Shown: in pieces, positions 12,458 to 22,800 of the stretch
Layout: the number at the start of each line of letters is the position of its first letter
Numbering within the stretch: position 1 is the first letter of the stretch
From: Ministeria vibrans ATCC 50519
Lineage: Eukaryota > Protista > Filasterea
Direction of reading: 5' to 3'
DNA: 64,000 nt
Assembly: GCA_943704425.1 (NCBI GenBank)
Contig: CALSCP010000257.1
Span: 1-64,000 of the forward strand
Made by a program: the position numbers and the translations under genes
Notes under the pieces: model-generated
Told to the model about the DNA's origin: nothing
Database searches by the model: none
The model's input: the letters and a program-made list of their open reading frames with translations, nothing else

Positions 12458-15400
12458 ATGGACTCACCTCCAAATGTCCTTAGCGACAGGAGCTCTCGTC
12501 CATCACCAACGATAGCTCTGACACCACTGTCACCGACAATGACATCCTCTTCGCCTGCTCTCTTTATTGCACACATGCCAACAGCTGCGACGGTGCTTCT
12601 TGACGAACTGCACGGGATTCAGTCGTTGTCCTCCTCCAGCGACATGGCAACGGAGCGCTGCCTCGCCGCGCTCACGTCGCTTGCTCGTCTCGTCGAAGAG
12701 GACGACAAGGTTCGCAAAGGCCTTCGATCGCGCTCCAACGGTGCCTTTGCCATTGTCACGCGTGCCGCCGAGGCGTCTAATAATGTCGCAGTCATAACGG
12801 TCGCGCGCGACATCTACAGACGCCTCCTCCAAGGATGCTCCAAGCCAAGTATGTCGGCCTTGCTGGCCAAGGGCATCACGCGGAGCATCATCAACTTGCT
12901 CCTTGTGGTCAATCTGAAAGAGCCTCGGGGCCAGCTGTTTGGCTCTCTCCTCGCTCTGCTGGTAGGTCTTGCATCGCGTGACAGCAAGTTTGCCATCCAG
13001 TGTCGTCTTGCAGGTCTCCTGCCCATTCTTCTTGACTGCCTCAACGCAGAGCCGGCAGAAGTGAGCCTCATTGACATGGCTGCAAGCGTCTTGTATCCCA
13101 TTTGCTCGTCGTCGCCCAGTCGAGTGCTCCTTGGCAAACTCAATACGCTTCAGACACTGGCACGTCTCATTTGTCCGACGCAACTCCCACCTCTTGATCC
13201 AGCGCAGCAGCCCTCATCGATTGCATCGCAGATCATTTCACCATCATCCACCACAATGGTTACCCTCCTGGGCTGTCTCGCAAGGCTCACCTCTGAACGC
13301 AGCATTGCCAAGGGATCTGCCTCACACTCGCTCACCCGTCGTCTCGTCACGGTGTTTGTCAGCTGGTGCAGCACAGAAGAGACAACCGAGCGTGCTGCCT
13401 TGCTCAATAGCTCTCTTGCAATACTGTCCGTCTTGCGCAATCTCGCACACAACTCACCAGCATACCTTGTCGAATGCAATGCCTTCCACACACTCTACGC
13501 AGCTGTCATGGCTCTGCCTTCACAAGACGCCTCCTCTGTACAACTTCTCACAGCCCTCTCATCACTTCTCCAGCGCAACACAACCTCCTCATTGCCCTCC
13601 CCCATTCCCACGGGCCCTTCTTTTATCTGGCGTGCCCCTGTCGTATCCGCCTCCCTTCACGGTGCCACTAGTGAGTCTATCAGTGTTTCCACCTCCGACA
13701 ACACGCGCACGTCCACTCTCTTTCTCGAGCTGCTTCATGACACTCTCCCTGCCTCGACGCCCTACACTCCTGCAATCATCCGCTTTGCCCGTCCCAACAT
13801 TGCTCCTGCCAGCCCTGCCTTGCTCACCCACCACCATCCGTGCCACCTCGAGCCTGAGCCGCTCTACGTGCGCCCACCCTCCCTCCAACGCACCCTTGCT
13901 TTTGCCAACATCGAACGTCACCTCTGTCAGGACAAGGTGCTCAATCACAAGGTCTACGACGCCAACGGTGCACCGCCATCTGCACTCATTCCCACTCGTG
14001 ACCTCTCAGCGCCCCTCCAATTCAACGCCCATTTTGACAGTGGCAATCTCTGGCAGGCTGTGCGTGTCTACGAGCACGAATACGACCTTGTGCTCTCACC
14101 CGACATCAACACAGAAGGGCACACCCAATGGTTCTACTTTGAAGCGCGTGGCATGCAGTCCAACCAGTGCTACCGCTTTAACATTGTCAATCTGCTTAAG
14201 CCTGGTAGTGAGTTCAATCGTGGCATGCAGCCGTGTGTGTGGACAAAAGCACGTGGTTGGCATCGCGCCGGCTCCGACATTTTCTACTACCGCAACTCGT
14301 ACGCTCGTCAGACCACCACTGGCAGCACTAATGTGACGAGTGGAAGTGCGAGTGGGACAGCAGCAACCCACTTTACTGCGACCTTCACTCTGACGTTTGA
14401 CGCGACAGAGCTCGCTCATCAAGACAGTCCTGTTCTCGTGGCGTACCATTATCCTTACGAGGCCCTCTTTCTTGAGCAGCGTCTTGCGCACCTGCTTGCA
14501 CACCCGCAGGCACACGCTCGAGTTCGCCGACAGACGCTGTGCCAATCGCTCGCAGGCAATCCGGTGCATCTTCTTACCATCACCGCATTCGACGACACGG
14601 ACAGTGGCAGTCCCACTAGTAGTGTGAGTCGTCGTCTCATTTGCATTTCGGCGCGTGTGCATCCGGGCGAGTCCAACTCCAGCTGGATGATCGACGGACT
14701 GCTGGAGTTTCTTATTACGAGTGACGATGCGCTTGCCGAGTCGCTGCGACGCACATTTGTCTTCAAGATTGTCCCAATGCTCAACGTCGATGGCGTTGCC
14801 AATGGCAACCATCGCACGTCCTTGTCGGGCGAAGATCTCAACCGCCAGTGGCTGTCGCCTTCGTCGCTCATGCATCCACCCATCCATCATTGGCGGGCTC
14901 TCCTGGAAGCAGCCATATCTCACCAGCGGCCTCCGTTGCTCTTCTGCGACCTCCATGGCCACTCGCGTCGCAAAAACGTCTTCATCTTTGCGTGTGATCC
15001 TACGCGTTCCAACAGTAGCACTGCCTCGGGTGAAAACGTCGAGCGTCTCTTTCCGCGCATTCTCTCGTCGATTGCGCCAGCGTTTAGTTTGAGTGACTGT
15101 GCGTTTACGGTTGAGCGCAGCAAAGAAACGACGGCACGTGTGGTGTGCTGGCGCCACTTGGGCATTCCTTGCTCGTTTACCCTCGAGAGCAGCTATTGCG
15201 GCGCCAGCCAAGGTCCGCTGAACGGTCTCCATTTTAATGTGGAGACGTTGCGTGCAATGGGCCGCGACTTCCTCCGGGCACTACCGCTCTTTGCGCAAGA
15301 GGTGGCGGCTCGTGACGATGGTTGGAGGCGACGCAACGGCATGCTTGTGGACACGGTGCGTCGATCGGTGTCACTTGGTGAGTGTGCAATGATGGATGCA

Positions 15401-15496
15401 GCAGTACAAGGGGACAAGGGAGATCTGAGTGACAATGAGAATGAAGAGGAAGGTGATGGTGAGGGCGAGCAAGAGGAGGATGAAGAGCCAGAGTAG
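12458..15496 (+). CDS. AGTPBP1: Cytosolic carboxypeptidase 1 (Nna1/CCP1, tubulin deglutamylase), single exon
   Basis: N-terminal armadillo-like region; FNAHFDSGNL, EYDL, QWFYF, AYHYPY, SARVHPGESNSSW, PMLNVDGV.NGNHR, DLNRQW, DLHGHS, FTLESSYCG M14D motifs. Confidence 0.93.
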   Translation: MDSPPNVLSDRSSRPSPTIALTPLSPTMTSSSPALFIAHMPTAATVLLDELHGIQSLSSSSDMATERCLAALTSLARLVEEDDKVRKGLRSRSNGAFAIVTRAAEASNNVAVITVARDIYRRLLQGCSKPSMSALLAKGITRSIINLLLVVNLKEPRGQLFGSLLALLVGLASRDSKFAIQCRLAGLLPILLDCLNAEPAEVSLIDMAASVLYPICSSSPSRVLLGKLNTLQTLARLICPTQLPPLDPAQQPSSIASQIISPSSTTMVTLLGCLARLTSERSIAKGSASHSLTRRLVTVFVSWCSTEETTERAALLNSSLAILSVLRNLAHNSPAYLVECNAFHTLYAAVMALPSQDASSVQLLTALSSLLQRNTTSSLPSPIPTGPSFIWRAPVVSASLHGATSESISVSTSDNTRTSTLFLELLHDTLPASTPYTPAIIRFARPNIAPASPALLTHHHPCHLEPEPLYVRPPSLQRTLAFANIERHLCQDKVLNHKVYDANGAPPSALIPTRDLSAPLQFNAHFDSGNLWQAVRVYEHEYDLVLSPDINTEGHTQWFYFEARGMQSNQCYRFNIVNLLKPGSEFNRGMQPCVWTKARGWHRAGSDIFYYRNSYARQTTTGSTNVTSGSASGTAATHFTATFTLTFDATELAHQDSPVLVAYHYPYEALFLEQRLAHLLAHPQAHARVRRQTLCQSLAGNPVHLLTITAFDDTDSGSPTSSVSRRLICISARVHPGESNSSWMIDGLLEFLITSDDALAESLRRTFVFKIVPMLNVDGVANGNHRTSLSGEDLNRQWLSPSSLMHPPIHHWRALLEAAISHQRPPLLFCDLHGHSRRKNVFIFACDPTRSNSSTASGENVERLFPRILSSIAPAFSLSDCAFTVERSKETTARVVCWRHLGIPCSFTLESSYCGASQGPLNGLHFNVETLRAMGRDFLRALPLFAQEVAARDDGWRRRNGMLVDTVRRSVSLGECAMMDAAVQGDKGDLSDNENEEEGDGEGEQEEDEEPE

Positions 15497-15856
15497 TGTA
15501 AAATGTAAAATTATTTCATTTTTTGATTTCCAGGCTCGATAGTTCCGTGGTAGTCCATGATCATAATGTCTTTTTCAAAGGTCCAGAAAGATCTTTGAAG
15601 TTTTTTTTTTGATGAGATTTGACTTATAGTGACTTTTAAGTGTTGAGGCTTAGATTGATTGATTAGAAAAGCGAATCATTCAACGTGTGATATCAAGTCA
15701 GAAGTGACTCAGAACTCAGAAGTTATGTGTATTCCGCATTTTGAAATGCATTTTGCATCTTGATTGAAAAACCTGGCGAAAAAGTGTGCATTTTTCTATT
15801 CATGATTTTTCAACGAAGTACGAATAATTCTTATATTTTTTTGTTGATGGTGAAGG

Positions 15857-16882
15857 ATGCTGGCTGGGCAGCTTGCCTCGTACCCGTGCACTGTGTGCTA
15901 CAATGACATGTGTGGACGATACGTGACGGCGTCGCGTGATTTGGACTCGGGTGAGGTGGTGTGTCGTGCGGAAGAGTTGTTCTTCGTGCTTGACGAGAAG
16001 CACCGCAAGCGCATTTGTGCGTGCTGCCACGGACGAATGGAAGGAGCGCCGCTGGGCTGCTCAGCGTGTCGACGAACCTACTATTGCAGTGAAGCGTGCC
16101 GTGCGCGGGATGCGCCGTGCCACGTTTGGATCTGCGCGTCGTCGCGTCGTCTTGCCAACGCCAAAGTGGATGTCAATGTGTCGGTTGCCTTGAAAATCAT
16201 GCTCACGGTGGCGGGACAGCGAAGTCGACAACAAGGGGATAGACATGACGATGAAGGGGACCGTTGGCACGGCGGCGGGGACGAGCCCTTGACAGCGCCG
16301 TTGGTGAACCTCTTTGATGAGTTGGTCGGGCATGCCTTGTCGACAGACGACACGTTGGAGCTTCGTCGGCGCTTCCGCTTGATTCAGCACGACGATTGTG
16401 ATGATGGCACGCCTCTAGTGACATTTGAAGAGGGAATCCGGGCGGTGGAGCGAGCGGATGCCAACTCATTTGGCGTTTTTGTTGAGGGTCATCTGGTGGG
16501 CAAGGCGTGCTTCCCTGGCGCCTCACTTTTCAATCATTCGTGTCGCCCTAATGTTGAGGCGAGCGCGTACAGTCCTGCAATTGAGTTGCGCACAACGCGT
16601 GCCGTACGCGCTGGCGAAGAGTTGTGCATTTGTTATGTGGACGAGGCACTGCCGCGGTCAACACGACGCGCTCTGCTGCTCGAGCAGTATGCCTTTGAGT
16701 GTGTTTGTGTGCGCTGTTGCGAGGAGGAGTTCGTGCGCCCGCGCGCTTTCTACGCGGCAAGCGTGTACCGACACAGGGAAAAGGGTGCAAAGAAGAAGAA
16801 GAAGGCGAAGGCGAAGAAGGAGGAGGAGTTTGAGGAGGATGGGAATCTCGAACTGGAGGACAGAGCAATTAGCTCTCACTGA
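15857..16882 (+). CDS. SET and MYND domain lysine methyltransferase (SMYD family)
   Basis: GRYVTASRDL..GE, MYND CACC...CSAC...YYCSEAC...H...C, FNHSCRPN, ELCICY, post-SET FECVCVRC. Confidence 0.92.
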   Translation: MLAGQLASYPCTVCYNDMCGRYVTASRDLDSGEVVCRAEELFFVLDEKHRKRICACCHGRMEGAPLGCSACRRTYYCSEACRARDAPCHVWICASSRRLANAKVDVNVSVALKIMLTVAGQRSRQQGDRHDDEGDRWHGGGDEPLTAPLVNLFDELVGHALSTDDTLELRRRFRLIQHDDCDDGTPLVTFEEGIRAVERADANSFGVFVEGHLVGKACFPGASLFNHSCRPNVEASAYSPAIELRTTRAVRAGEELCICYVDEALPRSTRRALLLEQYAFECVCVRCCEEEFVRPRAFYAASVYRHREKGAKKKKKAKAKKEEEFEEDGNLELEDRAISSH

Positions 16883-16945
16883 GATTTTGCGAAAATTCTT
16901 CTGAATTTGCAGTCTGCCAGTCGTGGTGGTATGGTGGACTGTGTC

Positions 16946-16947
<2 letters not shown>

Positions 16948-17017
<70 letters not shown>
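16948..17017 (+). repeat. (TG)35 microsatellite
   Basis: Perfect TG tract. Confidence 0.97.
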
Positions 17018-17021
<4 letters not shown>

Positions 17022-17116
17022 ATAGAGAGAGGGTGTGTATGTGTGTGTGTTTCTCGATATGTGTGTGTGTCGAATGTGTGTCCTTATGCATTTTTGTTTG
17101 GGTTTTGTTTTTGTAG

Positions 17117-18788
17117 CATATGTCGCAGTTTGAGTGTATATGTGAGGACCATTCTCCATTGCCGGAGCTAGCCATTCCCCCTAAATCACATGAGAAGGAG
17201 CGCATTGGGCATTTCATTGCAGAGAATCTAGTTCAAAACGGCGCATGTCTTCAAGTAAGAGAAACGAGAAGGAGCGAGCGAGCGAGTGTATGTGTGTGTA
17301 TATGTGTGTGTGTGAGTAACATCACATGCTAACCCGAACCCCAACCGCCTAATTCTCAAAACCACACGTCAATATTAGTCTGTATAACTGATTACGATTT
17401 GGTCTTTAGATGGGGATTGGGGCGATTCCTGATGCAGTTCTGTCACAGTTGGGGTCGCATCGTGATCTGGGGATCCACACGGAGATGATGAGTGATGGAG
17501 TGGTGGATCTAGTGCACAAGGGAGTCGTGACCAATTCAGAGAAGGAGGTTCATATTCATTATAGTTATTATTATTATATTTTTGTATTATTCTTGTGTGT
17601 GTGTGTGCGTGTTTTGATTGTGATTGCATTTTGTGTGTTTTTTCTTCTCTTTTTTGTGAGTTTGTGGGTTGTTTGTATTGTGGTAGTGGATCTTTTTTGA
17701 TGTCCGAATTGGACGCTCTTTGGGTTCGGGTTAACTGTGGTCTGTGTGTTTATGTGTAGGTTCTTCCGGGAATGATTGTTGCGGGATTTTGTCTTGGAAC
17801 TAAGAAACTGTATGATTTCATTGATGATAATCCAATGGTATGTAATAGTTTGAGAGAGAGAGAGAGGTACCAGAGGGAGAAAGACACAAATTGATAGAAA
17901 AAAACAAAGTGATGGAAAGTGATAGAGGGAGCTCGAGAAACGAAGGGATAAATATACAAATTGAGACTTGACAGATTGATTTTTTTTTGTTTTCTTTTTT
18001 GTTTTGGTTATGTGTGTAGGTTCGAATGTGTGACATTGGGTTTGTGAATGATATTGGAGTGATTCAGCAGAACAATCGAGTAACTGCGATCAATTCAGCG
18101 GTTGAAGTAGATTTGACGGGTCAGATTGTGAGTGACTCGATGGGCCATCGGATGTACAGCGGAGTCGGTGGACAGGTGGCCCTCATCAAAAGAACCCTAA
18201 CTCTACACCTATTGCCAACTCGATCCCTAATATCTATATCATCTCCCCTCTTCACTTATAGGTTGACTTCATTCGCGGCGCTTCGCTCTCCTCCGAAGGG
18301 CGACCCATCATTGCGCTGCCCAGCACCACCGGCGACCATTCACGCTCTCGCATCGTTGCGACCCTGACACCCGGTGGCGGTGTCGTCACCACCCGCGCCC
18401 ATGCCCACTATATCGTCACCGAGTACGGCATTGCCCAGCTTCATGGTCGCACCCTCGAGGAGCGCGCTCATGCTCTCATCAGCGTACGTCTCATCTCTCC
18501 TTCCTTTAACTGTCAAAACTCAATTAATTCGTACCCCCGAACCCTCATTTTAACTCTAACCCTAACCCTGTTGAGAAGTGTAATGTATCACTAAATCAAC
18601 CCTATTCCCAATGCCAACGCCCACTCTACTCCTAATGACAACTCAATTTCTATTTTATTGACCCCATCGCTATGATTAAACCTTTCTCCGCAATCACTTA
18701 AATGCCCGTCTTTGCGTAGATCGCTCATCCAAAGTTTCGCGAGCAACTTTCAAAAGAGCTTTTTGAGACTCGTCATTTACGAGGGTAA
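17117..18788 (+). CDS. 4-hydroxybutyrate CoA-transferase / acetyl-CoA hydrolase family; only the C-terminal half (6 exons) is present
   Basis: IG.FIAENLV.NGACLQ|MGIGAIPDAVL..L..H.DLGIHTEM.SDG, AINSAVEVDLTGQ, YSGVGGQ|VDFIRGA, GGVVTTRAHAHYIVTEYGIA.L.G, IAHPKFRE. Confidence 0.92.
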
Positions 18789-18905
18789 CGCAACACAAAA
18801 TGAATAAAAAACAAAATTTTGATTGTAATGATTGGAACGTGTTTACTTTTTTTGTAATGATTGGAAAGTTTTTACTTTTGAACGTTACAAATGAAAAACA
18901 AACGC

Positions 18906-19727
18906 TCACTTCCAATTCGATTGAGCAGCGACTACAAGAAAGAAAGAAAAGTAAGAGAAAGTGAGAGAAGGAAACGATAACAATGAAGACTTACAGGCGA
19001 GAGTGTGAAGAGGGCTGTTAGGGAAGGGGTGAGCGTACGAGTGGGAAGAAGAAGAAAAGACAAAGGGAGTTGGGGCCCAGGTGGCGGATGGAGGGGGTGG
19101 GGGAGGGTAATAGAGGGAGTGGGGTTGGTAGTAGACGGGATGGGGTTGATAGTGGGGGAGTTGCTGCTGTGGAGGTCCTGTGGATGGGAGGGTGGTGTGG
19201 TAGTAAGACTGCGCTGCAGTGGTTGTTGTGGGCGTCGTTGTCGTCGTCGTTGTGGTCGTCGTGGTGGTGGTGGCGGCGGCGGGGGTTGCCGCTGCACCGA
19301 GGCGTTTTGCTGTAGATCGAGGAGGAGGAGATGTCTTGTGTCGTTTGAAAGAGGCGCGTGCTGATGAGATGGTGTAGTCGGTGTCGGCGTTGTCGTCGAG
19401 GTGGTCGTCGTCCACGTCGGAGTAGCATTCGTCGTACGCGGTGCTTGACGACTGGAGCGACGACGGCGGACGGCGCTTGCGACGACGCGGCAGGTCTGAA
19501 GTCGCCAAGGCAGCGTCACCGCCTTCGGTGCTACTGCTGGCGCTTGACGATGTCATGGCCATAGACGTGCTGACTGACGCACTGCTCACGTTTGCGCCTG
19601 CCCGATAGTCAAAGTCGGGAAACCGTTCCTTATGCATGCGGAACATGTCCTTGGCAGCGTCCTGATAGCGCTGGCGGTCCCCCACCGGCATTCCCGCCCA
19701 GACGTCACCAAGTGTGCGCGAAATGAG
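18906..19727 (-). CDS. Sequence-specific HMG-box transcription factor (SOX/TCF/HBP1/CIC-like); 5' exons absent
   Basis: After acceptor T23-gacttattag: LISRTLGDVWAGMPVGDRQRYQDAAKDMFRMHKERFPDFDYR, i.e. helices 2-3 of an HMG box; low-complexity S/T/P tail. Confidence 0.8.
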   Translation of the reverse strand, partial: LISRTLGDVWAGMPVGDRQRYQDAAKDMFRMHKERFPDFDYRAGANVSSASVSTSMAMTSSSASSSTEGGDAALATSDLPRRRKRRPPSSLQSSSTAYDECYSDVDDDHLDDNADTDYTISSARASFKRHKTSPPPRSTAKRLGAAATPAAATTTTTTTTTTTTTPTTTTAAQSYYHTTLPSTGPPQQQLPHYQPHPVYYQPHSLYYPPPPPPSATWAPTPFVFSSSSHSYAHPFPNSPLHTLACKSSLLSFPSLTFSYFSFFLVVAAQSNWK

Positions 19728-19807
19728 CTAATAAGTCAAAAAAAAAAAAAAAAAAAAAAATACTCACTCTCCTCTCTCTCTCTCTCCCTCTCTCTCTGCC
19801 CCGCTAG

Positions 19808-22800
19808 GCTGGCCGTCGAATCGGCGACTTTGCCAAATCAGACGTACGGCAATGCCTGTGGCTGCCACAGGGCGAGCCGGCGCGACGAGGGACCGGTACC
19901 ACTATGATGGGTGACGAAGACGAGCCATCGTCGGCGCAGTCGGTCGCGCATCGCGTTGACACTGTGCTCGTCACCCTCACCACCGACGACGCTCTTCTCG
20001 TGTACCGAGTTGCCGAAGACGAGTCCGGTCCGTCCGGCTGGGACATCCAAGAGCGACACTTGCCACTTCGGGAGGTGCGCAAAGCTCTCGGCATCAGCAA
20101 AGGTCCGTCATCCTCACTCATCCCCCCCTTCCCCCCCCCTTATTTTTTTGCTGATACTGTTTGCCTCTGATTTAAAATGTACAGCTGCCGAAGCGGCAAC
20201 AGGGCGCGCCAACATGGCAGGTGTTGACAGCGACGGTCGACTTGTTCTCTTCCTTGGTCCGTCCACCGTGGCGCTTCTCTCCTTTGAGGGCTTCTGGAAT
20301 GTCCTCCAGGCTGTCGGCTCGTATGCTCTCCCTGACGCTGACGCACTCATCAAGTCGCCTATCAGCTCCACGGCAGTTGTCCATCGCATTGCAGCAAACA
20401 CTCTCTTCTCCTTGTACCCGTCAGGCATAGTCGACATCCTCGAGTGCGGCTCAGGGACCCGTCTTGGTCACGTCGACCTTCTCGCTGTTGCTCCATTCGA
20501 GACGGAGACCACCGACAACCTTGACTCATTATCAGCATCATTGTCATCATCATCGCCCGCAGTATCATCGACTACAACATCAACAGCAGCGCCAACAAAA
20601 ACCTCATCACCCCGTGTGTTCAAGACAATGCACGTCACTCCCGATCGCCGTTTCCTCACCATTGGCGAAGGATCCTCTTCGCCCTCACGTGTCACCGTCG
20701 TTGATCTTACTCTATACTTTACGCAATTTCCCGACCATCGTCGTCGCACCGAGAACGAGTCAAATGCCAGCACTGTCGCTGCCATGCTCGCCAATGCGGC
20801 CGCCAATAGTACCCCTGGCCAAACGACCGCTTCCACCTCCTCTGCGTCCAGTGGTGCAGCTACCACAACCTTGTCCTCTGCAATCTCTTCCTCCTTCTCC
20901 TCTACACCTCTCTCCTCACCGTCCAGTCTCCCCTCCGCGCATCTCGTGTGGACCGCCAAACTCAATTTACTTGTCGATGCTTTTCCGCAGACCACTCACG
21001 TCGTCACGTCGAAAGGCCCGCCACGCGCCTGGTACGAAGTCGACAGTGCCACGGCGGACACAGGCGCAAGCGGCATGTCCCCTGCCCTTGTCTCCGTCCG
21101 CGAGCGTTCTTCACGCGCCGCCGCCGCTCAATTTGCTTTTGATCCCAGCACTTTGACGTCTCACGCGCGATTTGTCGAGCCTGACCCCTCGTCCGAACTT
21201 GGCTCTCGTGACGAAGGCGCCGCAGCTAGTACTGCTACTACTACTCTTGCTGCTACTACTACAGCTTCGATTGCCTCTGCAGCCCATACCCCCCCTCTCT
21301 CGCTTGCCTCCAATCATCAGCGCCCGACCACCGCGTCGGCGCCTATCTCTCCCTGTATGCGACACATTGTGCCCGAACTTGACGAAGGCGAAACGCTCGT
21401 GGACGCTGTTCTCTCGCCGGGGGCCGTGCTCGTGCCCGTTCGCCGGGGGTTCCTTTGCACCCGCATCTATGTGTACAACATGACGCAGAGCCGAGGTGCG
21501 ACCTTTGACTACACCGATGGGGTCTTTGTGTGCGAACCGTCCGGCAACGATGCCACCGCCTATGTGCTCACCGATGACGACCTGGGTGCGCTCGTGCCGA
21601 GCACGTCGCAACAAGACCTTCTGACCAACGCGATTGCTTTTGAGTCAACGTCGCTCGCCGACACTCTTTGTCGCACCAACGAGTGGGATGGGCGTCTATT
21701 GCGCATGCACGCGCTCTCGTCGGGCCTGCGCTACCGCCAGCTTGACGTCATCTGGATGGCCTTGCGTGGCGTGGGCACCCAGCAACGCCTTACTGCCTGC
21801 GAAGTGCTTGTCGATGCCATTGCAAACTACTCGTCGCAAAGCCACTACTCTGAATTTGCCGAACAACTCTTGCAAATTGGCCTGGCCTTCATGGCGGAAA
21901 CCATCCACGAGGCGTCCAGCGCGTCAGACACGCCCTCGCCGGAAGATCTTGCCCAGCTTGCGGGCATTGTTGATCGACTCGTATCTGCTCGCTCCTTCGT
22001 CACCAATCCTAAAAGGCCGCCTGAGACCCTTCCCACTCGCCCCTCACATCCTTTCAGCTCGCCCATGGCCAGTCCACGACGATACGGCCCTACCAGCCCA
22101 TCCATTGTACGCAGCGAACCAGCGCTCTCATTGTCCCTCTCCATCTCTTCGAACACCTCACCTTCTCGCACCAGCCCCGGCGTGTCTGCCTCGGCCGGGT
22201 CTCGTCGTCGCCGAACCCCTCGCCGTACCCCGCGTATGCCGTTGAGCGTCGAGAAGCGTCGTCGCGAACAAGTATCGGGCTTGGGACCGCGCAAGGACAC
22301 TCCCGTCTTTAAGCGTCTTCAGCGATCCGCCATTGCCGAGTGGCGTTCCGACCGTGACGATGCCAATCAAGAAGATCTTGCCGAAAACGACGAAGAAGAG
22401 CCGCAGTCGACCCACATTGTCGCTAGTACGAACGTTGGTGGCACCGCCAGCACCACCACTTCTACCACCGTCAACGTCGACGAGGTTGACGACATGGATG
22501 ACATTGTGCCTCTTGATCGACTCGACGCGACGTCGCCGTCTTTGTCGCCTGTTAATGGCGCTTCATCGCCCACCTTCCGTCCTTCCACCCTTCCCTCTTC
22601 CACGTCGGTGTTTTTGCGCGAGCCTCTCAAGGGTGCACACGCACGTTGGAGTCATCATGCAGACGTAGATGTGGTGCGCGACGCGCTTCTCAACGCCTGT
22701 GTACCTCTCGCACAGTCCTACCTGATTGCACGCGCTTCCACTCGCACCTCCAGCGAGACCGATCAGGAGACACACGTGCTTGGGGACCTGCGCGAGTTTC

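Noticed and set aside
19761-19767. Minus-strand gtgagta donor that could supply the HMG gene's upstream exon
   Set aside because: The upstream frame is a GA repeat with a nearby in-frame stop and no HMG helix 1; better read as the SPG11 branch point.
19911-20183. Start of the 2612-aa ORF (MTKTSHRRR...)
   Set aside because: Read-through of an intron (about 20103-20183); the real upstream SPG11 exon is in another frame.
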